In this document: in pieces, positions 43,401 to 58,600 of the stretch | Position numbering within the stretch: the first letter of the stretch is position 1 | Layout: the number at the start of each line of letters is the position of its first letter | Source: Auanema rhodensis | Lineage: Eukaryota > Animalia > Nematoda | Assembly (NCBI GenBank): GCA_964057225.1 | Contig: OZ059900.1 | Span: 1,054,001-1,118,000 of the forward strand | Direction of reading: 5' to 3' | DNA: 64,000 nt | Made by a program: the position numbers and the translations under genes | The notes under the pieces: model-generated | The model's database searches: none | Seen by the model: only the letters and a program-made list of their open reading frames with translations | Told to the model about the DNA's origin: nothing

Positions 43401-46400
43401 GCTCATATATATGATCAGAAGCATAGTTTTATTGTCTATGACAACAAAAATCATCAATTAAACGCTAGTGATGTTTAAATACTGATTTTCGCTCAAATAG
43501 CATTACTACACTAAGTATGGTCGTTTTTATGCCTTTAACACCATATACTCACCGATTTTTGGTACAAAATCTGTAATACTTGTAAATTTTGATCATATTC
43601 GTTAAGATTTGAGAATCAAACATACAATACACAAAATCAGTCTATTTTTATGAGCTTGCACTGATATATATTCATTTTGATCAAAAAAGGTCGAAAATAG
43701 AAAGAATTTTTGAAATTTCCGAGTTTTGAGTCTAATTTGGCTAAATCGCTCATATATATGATCAGAAGCATAGTTTTATTGTCTATGACAACAAAAATCA
43801 TCAATTAAACGCTAGTGATGTTTAAATACTGATTTTCGCTCAAATAGCATTACTACACTAAGTATGGTCGTTTCTATGCCTTTAACACCATATACTCACC
43901 GATTTTTGGTACAAAATCTGTAATACTTGTAAATTTTGATCATATTTGTTAAGATTCGAGAATCAAACACATAATACACGAAATAAGTCTATTTTTACAA
44001 GTTTGCACTGATATTTATTCATTTTGATCAAAAAAGATCGAAAATAGAAAGAATTTTTGAAATTTCCGAGTTTTGAGTCCAATTTGGCTAAATCGCTCAT
44101 ATATATGATCAAAAGCATAGTTTTATTGTCTATAACAACAAAAGTCATCAATTAAACGCTAGTGATGTTTAAATACTGAATTTCACTCAAATAGCATTAC
44201 TACACTAAGTATGGTCGTTTTTATGCCTTTAACACCATATACTCACCGATTTTTGGTACAAAATCTGTGATACTCGTAAATTTTGATCATATTCGGTGAG
44301 ATTCGAGAATCAAACACACAATACACGAAATAAGTTTATTTTTACGAGTTTGCACTGATATTTATTCATTTTGATCAAAAAAGGTCGAAAATAGAAAGAA
44401 TTTTTGAAATTTCCGAGTTTTGAGTCTAATTTGGCTAAATCGCTCATATATATGATCAAAAGCATAGTTTTATTGTCTATGACAACAAAAGTCATCAATT
44501 AAACGCTAGTGATGTTTAAATACTGAATTTCGCTCAAATAGCATTACTACACTAAGTATGGTCGTTTTTATGCCTTTAACACCATATACTCACCGATTTT
44601 TGGTACAAAATCTGTAATACTTGTAAATTTTGATCATATTCGTTAAGATTCGAGAATCAAACACATAATACACGAAATAAGTCTATTTTTATGAGTTTGC
44701 ACTGATACTTATTCATTTTGATCAAAAAAGGTCGAAAATAGAAAGAATTTTTGAAATTTCCGAGTTTTGAGTCTAATTTGGCTAAATCGCTCATATATAT
44801 GATCAGAAGCATAGTTTTATTGTCTATGACAACGAAAATCATCAATTAAACGCTAGTGATGTTTAAATACTGATTTTCGCTCAAATAGCATTACTACACT
44901 AAGTATGGTCGTTTTTATGCCTTTAACACCATATACTCACCGATTTTTGGTACAAAATCTGTAATACTTGTAAATTTTGATCATATTCGTTAAGATTTGA
45001 GAATCAAACATACAATACACAAAATCAGTCTATTTTTATGAGCTTGCACTGATATATATTCATTTTGATCAAAAAAGGTCGAAAATAGAAAGAATTTTTG
45101 AAATTTCCGAGTTTTGAGTCTAATTTGGCTAAATCGCTCATATATATGATCAGAAGCATAGTTTTATTGTCTATGACAACAAAAATCATCAATTAAACGC
45201 TAGTGATGTTTAAATACTGATTTTCGCTCAAATAGCATTACTACACTAAGTATGGTCGTTTTTATGCCTTTAACACCATATACTCACCGATTTTTGGTAC
45301 AAAATCTGTAATACTTGTAAATTTTGATCATATTCGTTAAGATTCGAGAATCAAACACATAATACACGAAATAAGTCTATTTTTACAAGTTTGCACTGAT
45401 ATTTATTCATTTTGATCAAAAAAGGTCGAAAATAGAAAGAATTTTTGAAATTTCCGAGTTTTGAGTCCAATTGGGCTAAATCGCTCATATATATGATCAA
45501 AAGCATAGTTTTAATGTCTATGATAACAAAAGTCTTCAAATATACACTAGTAATGATTAAATCACTGAATTTCACTCGAATAGCATTACTACACTAAGTA
45601 TGGTCGTTTTTATGCCTTTAACACCATATACTCACCGATTTTTGGTACAAAATCTGTAATACTTGTAAATTTTGATCATATTCGTTAAAATTCGAGAATC
45701 AAACACATAATACACGAAATAAGTCTATTTTTATGAGTTTGCACTGATATTTATTCATTTTGATCAAAAAAGGTCGAAAATAGAAAGAATTTTTGAAATT
45801 TCCGAGTTTTGAGTCCAATTTGGCTAAATCGCTCATATATATGATCAAAAGCATAGTTCTATTGTCTATAACAACAAAAGTCTTCAATTAAACGCTAGTG
45901 ATGTTTTAATACTGAATTTCGCTCAAATAGCATTACTACACTAAGTATGGTCGTTTTTATGCCTTTAACACCATATACTCACCGATTTTTGGTACAAAAT
46001 CTGTAATACTCGTAAATTTTGATCATATTCGTTAAGATTTGAGAATCAAACATACAATACACGAAATCAGTCTATTTTTATGAGCTTGCACTGATATATA
46101 TTCATTTTGATCAAAAAAGGTCGAAAATAGAAAGAATTTTTGAAATTTACGAGTTTTGAGTCTAATTTGGCTAAATCGCTCATATATATGATCAGAAGCA
46201 TAGTTTTATTGTCTATGACAACAAAAGTCATTAATTAAACACTAATAATGTTTAAATCACTAAATTTCGCTCAAATAGCATTACTACACTAAGTATTGTC
46301 GTTTTTATGCCTTTAACACCATATACTCACCGATTTTTGGTACAAAATCTGTAATACTTGTAAATTTTGATCATATTCGTTAAGATTTGAGAATCAAACA

Positions 46401-47750
46401 CATAATACACGAAATAAGTCTATTTTTATGAGTTTGCACTGATATTTATTCATTTTGATCAAAAAAGGTCGAAAATAGAAAGAATTTTTGAAATTACCGA
46501 GTTTTGAGTCTAATTTGGCTAAATCGCTCATATATATGATCAGAAGCATAGTTTTATTGTCTATGACAACAAAAATCATCAATTAAACGCTAGTGATGTT
46601 TAAATACTGATTTTCGCTCAAATAGCATTACTACACTAAGTATGGTCGTTTTTATGCCTTTAACACCATATACTCACCGATTTTTGGTACAAAATCTGTA
46701 ATACTTGTAAATTTTGATCATATTCGTTAAGATTTGAGAATCAAACATACAATACACAAAATCAGTCTATTTTTATGAGCTTGCACTGATATATATTCAT
46801 TTTGATCAAAAAAGGTCGAAAATAGAAAGAATTTTTGAATTTTCCGAGTTTTGAGTCTAATTTGGCTAAATCGCTCATATATATGATCAGAAGCATAGTT
46901 TTATTGTCTATGACAACAAAAATCATCAATTAAACGCTAGTGATGTTTAAATACTGATTTTCGCTCAAATAGCATTACTACACTAAGTATGGTCGTTTTT
47001 ATGCCTTTAACACCATATACTCACCGATTTTTGGTACAAAATCTGTAATACTTGTAAATTTTGATCATATTCGTTAAGATTCGAGAATCAAACACATAAT
47101 ACACGAAATAAGTCTATTTTTACAAGTTTGCACTGATATTTATTCATTTTGATCAAAAAAGATCGAAAATAGAAAGAATTTTTGAAATTTCCGAGTTTTG
47201 AGTCCAATTTGGCTAAATCGCTCATATATATGATCAAAAGCATAGTTTTATTGTCTATAACAACAAAAGTCATCAATTAAACGCTAGTGATGTTTAAATA
47301 CTGAATTTCACTCAAATAGCATTACTACACTAAGTATGGTCGTTTTTATGCCTTTAACACCATATACTCACCGATTTTTGGTACAAAATCTGTGATACTC
47401 GTAAATTTTGATCATATTCGGTGAGATTCGAGAATCAAACACACAATACACGAAATAAGTTTATTTTTACGAGTTTGCACTGATATTTATTCATTTTGAT
47501 CAAAAAAGGTCGAAAATAGAAAGAATTTTTGAAATTTCCGAGTTTTGAGTCTAATTTGGCTAAATCGCTCATATATATGATCAAAAGCATAGTTTTATTG
47601 TCTATGACAACAAAAGTCATCAATTAAACGCTAGTGATGTTTAAATACTGAATTTCGCTCAAATAGCATTACTACACTAAGTATGGTCGTTTTTATGCCT
47701 TTAACACCATATACTCACCGATTTTTGGTACAAAATCTGTAATACTCGTA
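40490..47750. repeat. Imperfect 9-mer (3124/3125 bp) and 7-mer (2430 bp) duplications
   Basis: 40839->43963 share private GTTTCTATG and CATATTTGTT. 43963->47088 and 43269->46394 are 3125. 42227->44657 share private GATACTTATT and AACGAAAATC. Confidence 0.75.
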
Positions 47751-50700
47751 AATTTTGATCATATTCGTTAAGATTTGAGAATCAAACATACAATACACAA
47801 AATCAGTCTATTTTTATGAGCTTGCACTGATATATATTCATTTTGATCAAAAAAGGTCGAAAATAGAAAGAATTTTTGAAATTTACGAGTTTTGAGTCCA
47901 ATTGGGCTAAATCGCTCATATATATGATCAAAAGCATAGTTTTATTGTCTATGACAACAAAAGTCATTAATTAAACACTAATAATGTTTAAATCACTAAA
48001 TTTCGCTCAAATAGCATTACTACACTAAGTATTGTCGTTTTTATGCCTTTAACACCATATACTCACCGATTTTTGGTACAAAATCTGTAATACTTGTAAA
48101 TTTTGATCATATTCGTTAAGATTTGAGAATCAAACACATAATACACGAAATAAGTCTATTTTTATGAGTTTGCACTGATATTTATTCATTTTGATCAAAA
48201 AAGGTCGAAAATAGAAAGAATTTTTGAAATTACCGAGTTTTGATTCTAATTTGGCTAAATCGCTCATATATATGATCAGAAGCATAGTTTTATTGTCTAT
48301 GACAACAAAAATCATCAATTAAACGCTAGTGATGTTTAAATACTGATTTTCGCTCAAATAGCATTACTACACTAAGTATGGTCGTTTTTATGCCTTTAAC
48401 ACCATATACTCACCGATTTTTGGTACAAAATCTGTAATACTCGTAAATTTTGATCATATTCGTTAAGATTTGAGAATCAAACATACAATACACAAAATCA
48501 GTCTATTTTTATGAGCTTGCACTGATATATATTCATTTTGATCAAAAAAGGTCGAAAATAGAAAGAATTTTTGAAATTTCCGAGTTTTGAGTCTAATTTG
48601 GCTAAATCGCTCATATATATGATCAGAAGCATAGTTTTATTGTCTATGACAACAAAAATCATCAATTAAACGCTAGAGATGTTTAAATACTGATTTTCGC
48701 TCAAATAGCATTACTACACTAAGTATGGTCGTTTTTATGCCTTTAACACCATATACTCACCGATTTTTGGTACAAAATCTGTAATACTTGTAAATTTTGA
48801 TCATATTCGTTAAGATTCGAGAATCAAACACATAATACACGAAATAAGTCTATTTTTACAAGTTTGCACTGATATTTATTCATTTTGATCAAAAAAGATC
48901 GAAAATAGAAAGAATTTTTGAAATTTCCGAGTTTTGAGTCCAATTTGGCTAAATCGCTCATATATATGATCAAAAGCATAGTTTTATTGTCTATAACAAC
49001 AAAAGTCATCAATTAAACGCTAGTGATGTTTAAATACTGAATTTCACTCAAATAGCATTACTACACTAAGTATGGTCGTTTTTATGCCTTTAACACCATA
49101 TACTCACCGATTTTTGGTACAAAATCTGTGATACTCGTAAATTTTGATCATATTCGGTGAGATTCGAGAATCAAACACACAATACACGAAATAAGTTTAT
49201 TTTTACGAGTTTGCACTGATATTTATTCATTTTGATCAAAAAAGGTCGAAAATAGAAAGAATTTTTGAAATTTCCGAGTTTTGAGTCTAATTTGGCTAAA
49301 TCGCTCATATATATGATCAAAAGCATAGTTTTATTGTCTATGACAACAAAAGTCATCAATTAAACGCTAGTGATGTTTAAATACTGAATTTCGCTCAAAT
49401 AGCATTACTACACTAAGTATGGTCGTTTTTATGCCTTTAACACCATATACTCACCGATTTTTGGTACAAAATCTGTAATACTCGTAAATTTTGATCATAT
49501 TCGTTAAGATTTGAGAATCAAACATACAATACACAAAATCAGTCTATTTTTATGAGCTTGCACTGATATATATTCATTTTGATCAAAAAAGGTCGAAAAT
49601 AGAAAGAATTTTTGAAATTTACGAGTTTTGAGTCCAATTGGGCTAAATCGCTCATATATATGATCAAAAGCATAGTTTTACTGTCTATGATAACAAAAGT
49701 CTTCAAATATACACTAATAATGTGTAAATCACTGAATTTCACTCAAATAGCTTTACTACACTAAGTATGGTCGTTTTTATGCCTTTAACACCATATACTC
49801 ACCGATTTTTGGTACAAAATCTGTAATACTCGTAAATTTTGATCATATTCGTTAAGATTTGAGAATCAAACATACAATACACAAAATCAGTCTATTTTTA
49901 TGAGCTTGCACTGATATATATTCATTTTGATCAAAAAAGGTCGAAAATAGAAAGAATTTTTGAAATTTCCGAGTTTTGAGTCTAATTTGGCTAAATCGCT
50001 CATATATATGATCAGAAGCATAGTTTTATTGTCTATGACAACAAAAATCATCAATTAAACGCTAGTGATGTTTAAATACTGATTTTCGCTCAAATAGCAT
50101 TACTACACTAAGTATGGTCGTTTTTATGCCTTTAACACCATATACTCACCGATTTTTGGTACAAAATCTGTAATACTTGTAAATTTTGATCATATTCGTT
50201 AAAATTCGAGAATCAAACACATAATACACGAAATAAGTCTATTTTTATGAGTTTGCACTGATATTTATTCATTTTGATCAAAAAAGGTCGAAAATAGAAA
50301 GAATTTTTGAAATTTCCGAGTTTTGAGTCCAATTTGGCTAAATCGCTCATATATATGATCAAAAGCATAGTTCTATTGTCTATAACAACAAAAGTCTTCA
50401 ATTAAACGCTAGTGATGTTTTAATACTGAATTTCGCTCAAATAGCATTACTACACTAAGTATGGTCGTTTTTATGCCTTTAACACCATATACTCACCGAT
50501 TTTTGGTACAAAATCTGTAATACTCGTAAATTTTGATCATATTCGTTAAGATTTGAGAATCAAACATACAATACACGAAATCAGTCTATTTTTATGAGCT
50601 TGCACTGATATATATTCATTTTGATCAAAAAAGGTCGAAAATAGAAAGAATTTTTGAAATTTACGAGTTTTGAGTCTAATTTGGCTAAATCGCTCATATA

Positions 50701-53700
50701 TATGATCAGAAGCATAGTTTTATTGTCTATGACAACAAAAGTCATTAATTAAACACTAATAATGTTTAAATCACTAAATTTCGCTCAAATAGCATTACTA
50801 CACTAAGTATTGTCGTTTTTATGCCTTTAACACCATATACTCACCGATTTTTGGTACAAAATCTGTAATACTTGTAAATTTTGATCATATTCGTTAAGAT
50901 TTGAGAATCAAACACATAATACACGAAATAAGTCTATTTTTATGAGTTTGCACTGATATTTATTCATTTTGATCAAAAAAGGTCGAAAATAGAAAGAATT
51001 TTTGAAATTACCGAGTTTTGAGTCTAATTTGGCTAAATCGCTCATATATATGATCAGAAGCATAGTTTTATTGTCTATGACAACAAAAATCATCAATTAA
51101 ACGCTAGTGATGTTTAAATACTGATTTTCGCTCAAATAGCATTACTACACTAAGTATGGTCGTTTTTATGCCTTTAACACCATATACTCACCGATTTTTG
51201 GTACAAAATCTGTAATACTTGTAAATTTTGATCATATTCGTTAAGATTTGAGAATCAAACATACAATACACAAAATCAGTCTATTTTTATGAGCTTGCAC
51301 TGATATTTATTCATTTTGATCAAAAAAGGTCGAAAATAGAAAGAATTTTTGAAATTACCGAGTTTTGAGTCTAATTTGGCTAAATCGCTCATATATATGA
51401 TCAGAAGCATAGTTTTATTGTCTATGACAACAAAAATCATCAATTAAACGCTAGTGATGTTTAAATACTGATTTTCGCTCAAATAGCATTACTACACTAA
51501 GTATGGTCGTTTTTATGCCTTTAACACCATATACTCACCGATTTTTGGTACAAAATCTGTAATACTTGTAAATTTTGATCATATTCGTTAAGATTTGAGA
51601 ATCAAACATACAATACACAAAATCAGTCTATTTTTATGAGCTTGCACTGATATATATTCATTTTGATCAAAAAAGGTCGAAAATAGAAAGAATTTTTGAA
51701 ATTTCCGAGTTTTGAGTCTAATTTGGCTAAATCGCTCATATATATGATCAGAAGCATAGTTTTATTGTCTATGACAACAAAAATCATCAATTAAACGCTA
51801 GTGATGTTTAAATACTGATTTTCGCTCAAATAGCATTACTACACTAAGTATGGTCGTTTTTATGCCTTTAACACCATATACTCACCGATTTTTGGTACAA
51901 AATCTGTAATACTTGTAAATTTTGATCATATTCGTTAAGATTCGAGAATCAAACACATAATACACGAAATAAGTCTATTTTTACAAGTTTGCACTGATAT
52001 TTATTCATTTTGATCAAAAAAGATCGAAAATAGAAAGAATTTTTGAAATTTCCGAGTTTTGAGTCCAATTTGGCTAAATCGCTCATATATATGATCAAAA
52101 GCATAGTTTTATTGTCTATAACAACAAAAGTCATCAATTAAACGCTAGTGATGTTTAAATACTGAATTTCACTCAAATAGCATTACTACACTAAGTATGG
52201 TCGTTTTTATGCCTTTAACACCATATACTCACCGATTTTTGGTACAAAATCTGTGATACTCGTAAATTTTGATCATATTCGGTGAGATTCGAGAATCAAA
52301 CACACAATACACGAAATAAGTTTATTTTTACGAGTTTGCACTGATATTTATTCATTTTGATCAAAAAAGGTCGAAAATAGAAAGAATTTTTGAAATTTCC
52401 GAGTTTTGAGTCTAATTTGGCTAAATCGCTCATATATATGATCAAAAGCATAGTTTTATTGTCTATGACAACAAAAGTCATTAATTAAACACTAATAATG
52501 TTTAAATCACTAAATTTCGCTCAAATAGCATTACTACACTAAGTATTGTCGTTTTTATGCCTTTAACACCATATACTCACCGATTTTTGGTACAAAATCT
52601 GTAATACTTGTAAATTTTGATCATATTCGTTAAGATTCGAGAATCAAACACATAATACACGAAATAAGTCTATTTTTACAAGTTTGCACTGATATTTATT
52701 CATTTTGATCAAAAAAGATCGAAAATAGAAAGAATTTTTGAAATTTCCGAGTTTTGAGTCCAATTTGGCTAAATCGCTCATATATATGATCAAAAGCATA
52801 GTTTTATTGTCTATAACAACAAAAGTCATCAATTAAACGCTAGTGATGTTTAAATACTGAATTTCACTCAAATAGCATTACTACACTAAGTATGGTCGTT
52901 TTTATGCCTTTAACACCATATACTCACCGATTTTTGGTACAAAATCTGTGATACTCGTAAATTTTGATCATATTCGGTGAGATTCGAGAATCAAACACAC
53001 AATACACGAAATAAGTTTATTTTTACGAGTTTGCACTGATATTTATTCATTTTGATCAAAAAAGGTCGAAAATAGAAAGAATTTTTGAAATTTCCGAGTT
53101 TTGAGTCTAATTTGGCTAAATCGCTCATATATATGATCAAAAGCATAGTTTTATTGTCTATGACAACAAAAGTCATCAATTGAACGCTAGTGATGTTTAA
53201 ATACTGAATTTCGCTCAAATAGCATTACTACACTAAGTATGGTCGTTTTTATGCCTTTAACACCATATACTCACCGATTTTTGGTACAAAATCTGTAATA
53301 CTCGTAAATTTTGATCATATTCGTTAAGATTTGAGAATCAAACATACAATACACAAAATCAGTCTATTTTTATGAGCTTGCACTGATATATATTCATTTT
53401 GATCAAAAAAGGTCGAAAATAGAAAGAATTTTTGAAATTTACGAGTTTTGAGTCCAATTGGGCTAAATCGCTCATATATATGATCAAAAGCATAGTTTTA
53501 TTGTCTATGACAACAAAAGTCATTAATTAAACACTAATAATGTTTAAATCACTAAATTTCGCTCAAATAGCATTACTACACTAAGTATTGTCGTTTTTAT
53601 GCCTTTAACACCATATACTCACCGATTTTTGGTACAAAATCTGTAATACTTGTAAATTTTGATCATATTCGTTAAGATTTGAGAATCAAACACATAATAC

Positions 53701-55600
53701 ACGAAATAAGTCTATTTTTATGAGTTTGCACTGATATTTATTCATTTTGATCAAAAAAGGTCGAAAATAGAAAGAATTTTTGAAATTACCGAGTTTTGAT
53801 TCTAATTTGGCTAAATCGCTCATATATATGATCAGAAGCATAGTTTTATTGTCTATGACAACAAAAATCATCAATTAAACGCTAGTGATGTTTAAATACT
53901 GATTTTCGCTCAAATAGCATTACTACACTAAGTATGGTCGTTTTTATGCCTTTAACACCATATACTCACCGATTTTTGGTACAAAATCTGTAATACTTGT
54001 AAATTTTGATCATATTCGTTAAGATTTGAGAATCAAACATACAATACACAAAATCAGTCTATTTTTATGAGCTTGCACTGATATATATTCATTTTGATCA
54101 AAAAAGGTCGAAAATAGAAAGAATTTTTGAAATTTCCGAGTTTTGAGTCTAATTTGGCTAAATCGCTCATATATATGATCAGAAGCATAGTTTTATTGTC
54201 TATGACAACAAAAATCATCAATTAAACGCTAGTGATGTTTAAATACTGATTTTCGCTCAAATAGCATTACTACACTAAGTATGGTCGTTTTTATGCCTTT
54301 AACACCATATACTCACCGATTTTTGGTACAAAATCTGTAATACTTGTAAATTTTGATCATATTCGTTAAGATTCGAGAATCAAACACATAATACACGAAA
54401 TAGGTCTATTTTTACAAGTTTGCACTGATATTTATTCATTTTGATCAAAAAAGATCGAAAATAGAAAGAATTTTTGAAATTTCCGAGTTTTGAGTCCAAT
54501 TTGGCTAAATCGCTCATATATATGATCAAAAGCATAGTTTTATTGTCTATAACAACAAAAGTCATCAATTAAACGCTAGTGATGTTTAAATACTGAATTT
54601 CACTCAAATAGCATTACTACACTAAGTATGGTCGTTTTTATGCCTTTAACACCATATACTCACCGATTTTTGGTACAAAATCTGTGATACTCGTAAATTT
54701 TGATCATATTCGGTGAGATTCGAGAATCAAACACACAATACACGAAATAAGTTTATTTTTACGAGTTTGCACTGATATTTATTCATTTTGATCAAAAAAG
54801 GTCGAAAATAGAAAGAATTTTTGAAATTTCCGAGTTTTGAGTCTAATTTGGCTAAATCGCTCATATATATGATCAAAAGCATAGTTTTATTGTCTATGAC
54901 AACAAAAGTCATCAATTAAACGCTAGTGATGTTTAAATACTGAATTTCGCTCAAATAGCATTACTACACTAAGTATGGTCGTTTTTATGCCTTTAACACC
55001 ATATACTCACCGATTTTTGGTACAAAATCTGTAATACTCGTAAATTTTGATCATATTCGTTAAGATTTGAGAATCAAACATACAATACACAAAATCAGTC
55101 TATTTTTATGAGCTTGCACTGATATATATTCATTTTGATCAAAAAAGGTCGAAAATAGAAAGAATTTTTGAAATTTACGAGTTTTGAGTCCAATTGGGCT
55201 AAATCGCTCATATATATGATCAAAAGCATAGTTTTACTGTCTATGATAACAAAAGTCTTCAAATATACACTAATAATGTGTAAATCACTGAATTTCACTC
55301 AAATAGCTTTACTACACTAAGTATGGTCGTTTTTATGCCTTTAACACCATATACTCACCGATTTTTGGTACAAAATCTGTAATACTCGTAAATTTTGATC
55401 ATATTCGTTAAGATTTGAGAATCAAACATACAATACACAAAATCAGTCTATTTTTATGAGCTTGCACTGATATATATTCATTTTGATCAAAAAAGGTCGA
55501 AAATAGAAAGAATTTTTGAAATTTCCGAGTTTTGAGTCTAATTTGGCTAAATCGCTCATATATATGATCAGAAGCATAGTTTTATTGTCTATGACAACAA
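45650..55600. repeat. Interleaved 5-mer (1736 bp), 13-mer (4514 bp) and 16-mer (5556 bp) duplications
   Basis: 46394->48130, 47088->48824 and 47435->49171 are 1736. 45699->50213 and 46394->50908 are 4514. 48130->53686, 48824->54380 and 49539->55095 are 5556. Markers are GAAATTACCG, AAGTATTGTC and TTTGATTCTA. Confidence 0.8.
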
Positions 55601-58600
55601 AAGTCATTAATTAAACACTAATGATGTTCAAATCACTAAATTTCGCTCAAATAGCATTACTACACTAAGTATGGTCGTTTTTATGCCTTTAACACCATAT
55701 ACTCACCGATTTTTGGTACAAAATCTGTAATACTTGTAAATTTTGATCATATTCGTTAAGATTCGAGAATCAAACACATAATACACGAAATAAGTCTATT
55801 TTTATGAGTTTGCACTGATATTTATTCATTTTGATCAAAAAAGGTCGAAAATAGAAAGAATTTTTGAAATTTCCGAGTTTTGAGTCTAATTTGGCTAAAT
55901 CGCTCATATATATGATCAAAAGCATAGTTTTACTGTCTATGATAACAAAAGTCTTCAAATATACACTAATAATGTGTAAATCACTGAATTTCACTCAAAT
56001 AGCTTTACTACACTAAGTATGGTCGTTTTTATGCCTTTAAAACCATATACTCACCGATTTTTGGTACAAAATCTGTAATACTTGTAAATTTTGATCATAT
56101 TCGTTAAGATTTGAGAATCAAACATACAATACACAAAATCAGTCTATTTTTATGAGCTTGCACTGATATATATTCATTTTGATCAAAAAAGGTCGAAAAT
56201 AGAAAGAATTTTTGAAATTTCCGAGTTTTGAGTCTAATTTGGCTAAATCGCTCATATATATGATCAGAAGCATAGTTTTATTGTCTATGACAACAAAAAT
56301 CATCAATTAAACGCTAGTGATGTTTAAATACTGATTTTCGCTCAAATAGCATTACTACACTAAGTATGGTCGTTTTTATGCCTTTAACACCATATACTCA
56401 CCGATTTTTGGTACAAAATCTGTAATACTTGTAAATTTTGATCATATTCGTTAAGATTCGAGAATCAAACACATAATACACGAAATAGGTCTATTTTTAC
56501 AAGTTTGCACTGATATTTATTCATTTTGATCAAAAAAGATCGAAAATAGAAAGAATTTTTGAAATTTCCGAGTTTTGAGTCCAATTTGGCTAAATCGCTC
56601 ATATATATGATCAAAAGCATAGTTTTATTGTCTATAACAACAAAAGTCATCAATTAAACGCTAGTGATGTTTAAATACTGAATTTCACTCAAATAGCATT
56701 ACTACACTAAGTATGGTCGTTTTTATGCCTTTAACACCATATACTCACCGATTTTTGGTACAAAATCTGTGATACTCGTAAATTTTGATCATATTCGGTG
56801 AGATTCGAGAATCAAACACACAATACACGAAATAAGTTTATTTTTACGAGTTTGCACTGATATTTATTCATTTTGATCAAAAAAGGTCGAAAATAGAAAG
56901 AATTTTTGAAATTTCCGAGTTTTGAGTCTAATTTGGCTAAATCGCTCATATATATGATCAAAAGCATAGTTTTATTGTCTATGACAACAAAAGTCATCAA
57001 TTAAACGCTAGTGATGTTTAAATACTGAATTTCGCTCAAATAGCATTACTACACTAAGTATGGTCGTTTTTATGCCTTTAACACCATATACTCACCGATT
57101 TTTGGTACAAAATCTGTAATACTCGTAAATTTTGATCATATTCGTTAAGATTTGAGAATCAAACATACAATACACAAAATCAGTCTATTTTTATGAGCTT
57201 GCACTGATATATATTCATTTTGATCAAAAAAGGTCGAAAATAGAAAGAATTTTTGAAATTTACGAGTTTTGAGTCCAATTGGGCTAAATCGCTCATATAT
57301 ATGATCAAAAGCATAGTTTTACTGTCTATGATAACAAAAGTCTTCAAATATACACTAATAATGTGTAAATCACTGAATTTCACTCAAATAGCTTTACTAC
57401 ACTAAGTATGGTCGTTTTTATGCCTTTAACACCATATACTCACCGATTTTTGGTACAAAATCTGTAATACTCGTAAATTTTGATCATATTCGTTAAGATT
57501 TGAGAATCAAACATACAATACACAAAATCAGTCTATTTTTATGAGCTTGCACTGATATATATTCATTTTGATCAAAAAAGGTCGAAAATAGAAAGAATTT
57601 TTGAAATTTCCGAGTTTTGAGTCTAATTTGGCTAAATCGCTCATATATATGATCAGAAGCATAGTTTTATTGTCTATGACAACAAAAGTCATTAATTAAA
57701 CACTAATGATGTTCAAATCACTAAATTTCGCTCAAATAGCATTACTACACTAAGTATGGTCGTTTTTATGCCTTTAACACCATATACTCACCGATTTTTG
57801 GTACAAAATCTGTAATACTTGTAAATTTTGATCATATTCGTTAAGATTCGAGAATCAAACACATAATACACGAAATAAGTCTATTTTTATGAGTTTGCAC
57901 TGATATTTATTCATTTTGATCAAAAAAGGTCGAAAATAGAAAGAATTTTTGAAATTTCCGAGTTTTGAGTCTAATTTGGCTAAATCGCTCATATATATGA
58001 TCAAAAGCATAGTTTTACTGTCTATGATAACAAAAGTCTTCAAATATACACTAATAATGTGTAAATCACTGAATTTCACTCAAATAGCTTTACTACACTA
58101 AGTATGGTCGTTTTTATGCCTTTAAAACCATATACTCACCGATTTTTGGTACAAAATCTGTAATACTTGTAAATTTTGATCATATTCGTTAAGATTTGAG
58201 AATCAAACATACAATACACAAAATCAGTCTATTTTTATGAGCTTGCACTGATATATATTCATTTTGATCAAAAAAGGTCGAAAATAGAAAGAATTTTTGA
58301 AATTTCCGAGTTTTGAGTCTAATTTGGCTAAATCGCTCATATATATGATCAGAAGCATAGTTTTATTGTCTATGACAACAAAAATCATCAATTAAACGCT
58401 AGTGATGTTTAAATACTGATTTTCGCTCAAATAGCATTACTACACTAAGTATGGTCGTTTTTATGCCTTTAACACCATATACTCACCGATTTTTGGTACA
58501 AAATCTGTAATACTTGTAAATTTTGATCATATTCGTTAAGATTCGAGAATCAAACACATAATACACGAAATAAGTCTATTTTTACAAGTTTGCACTGATA

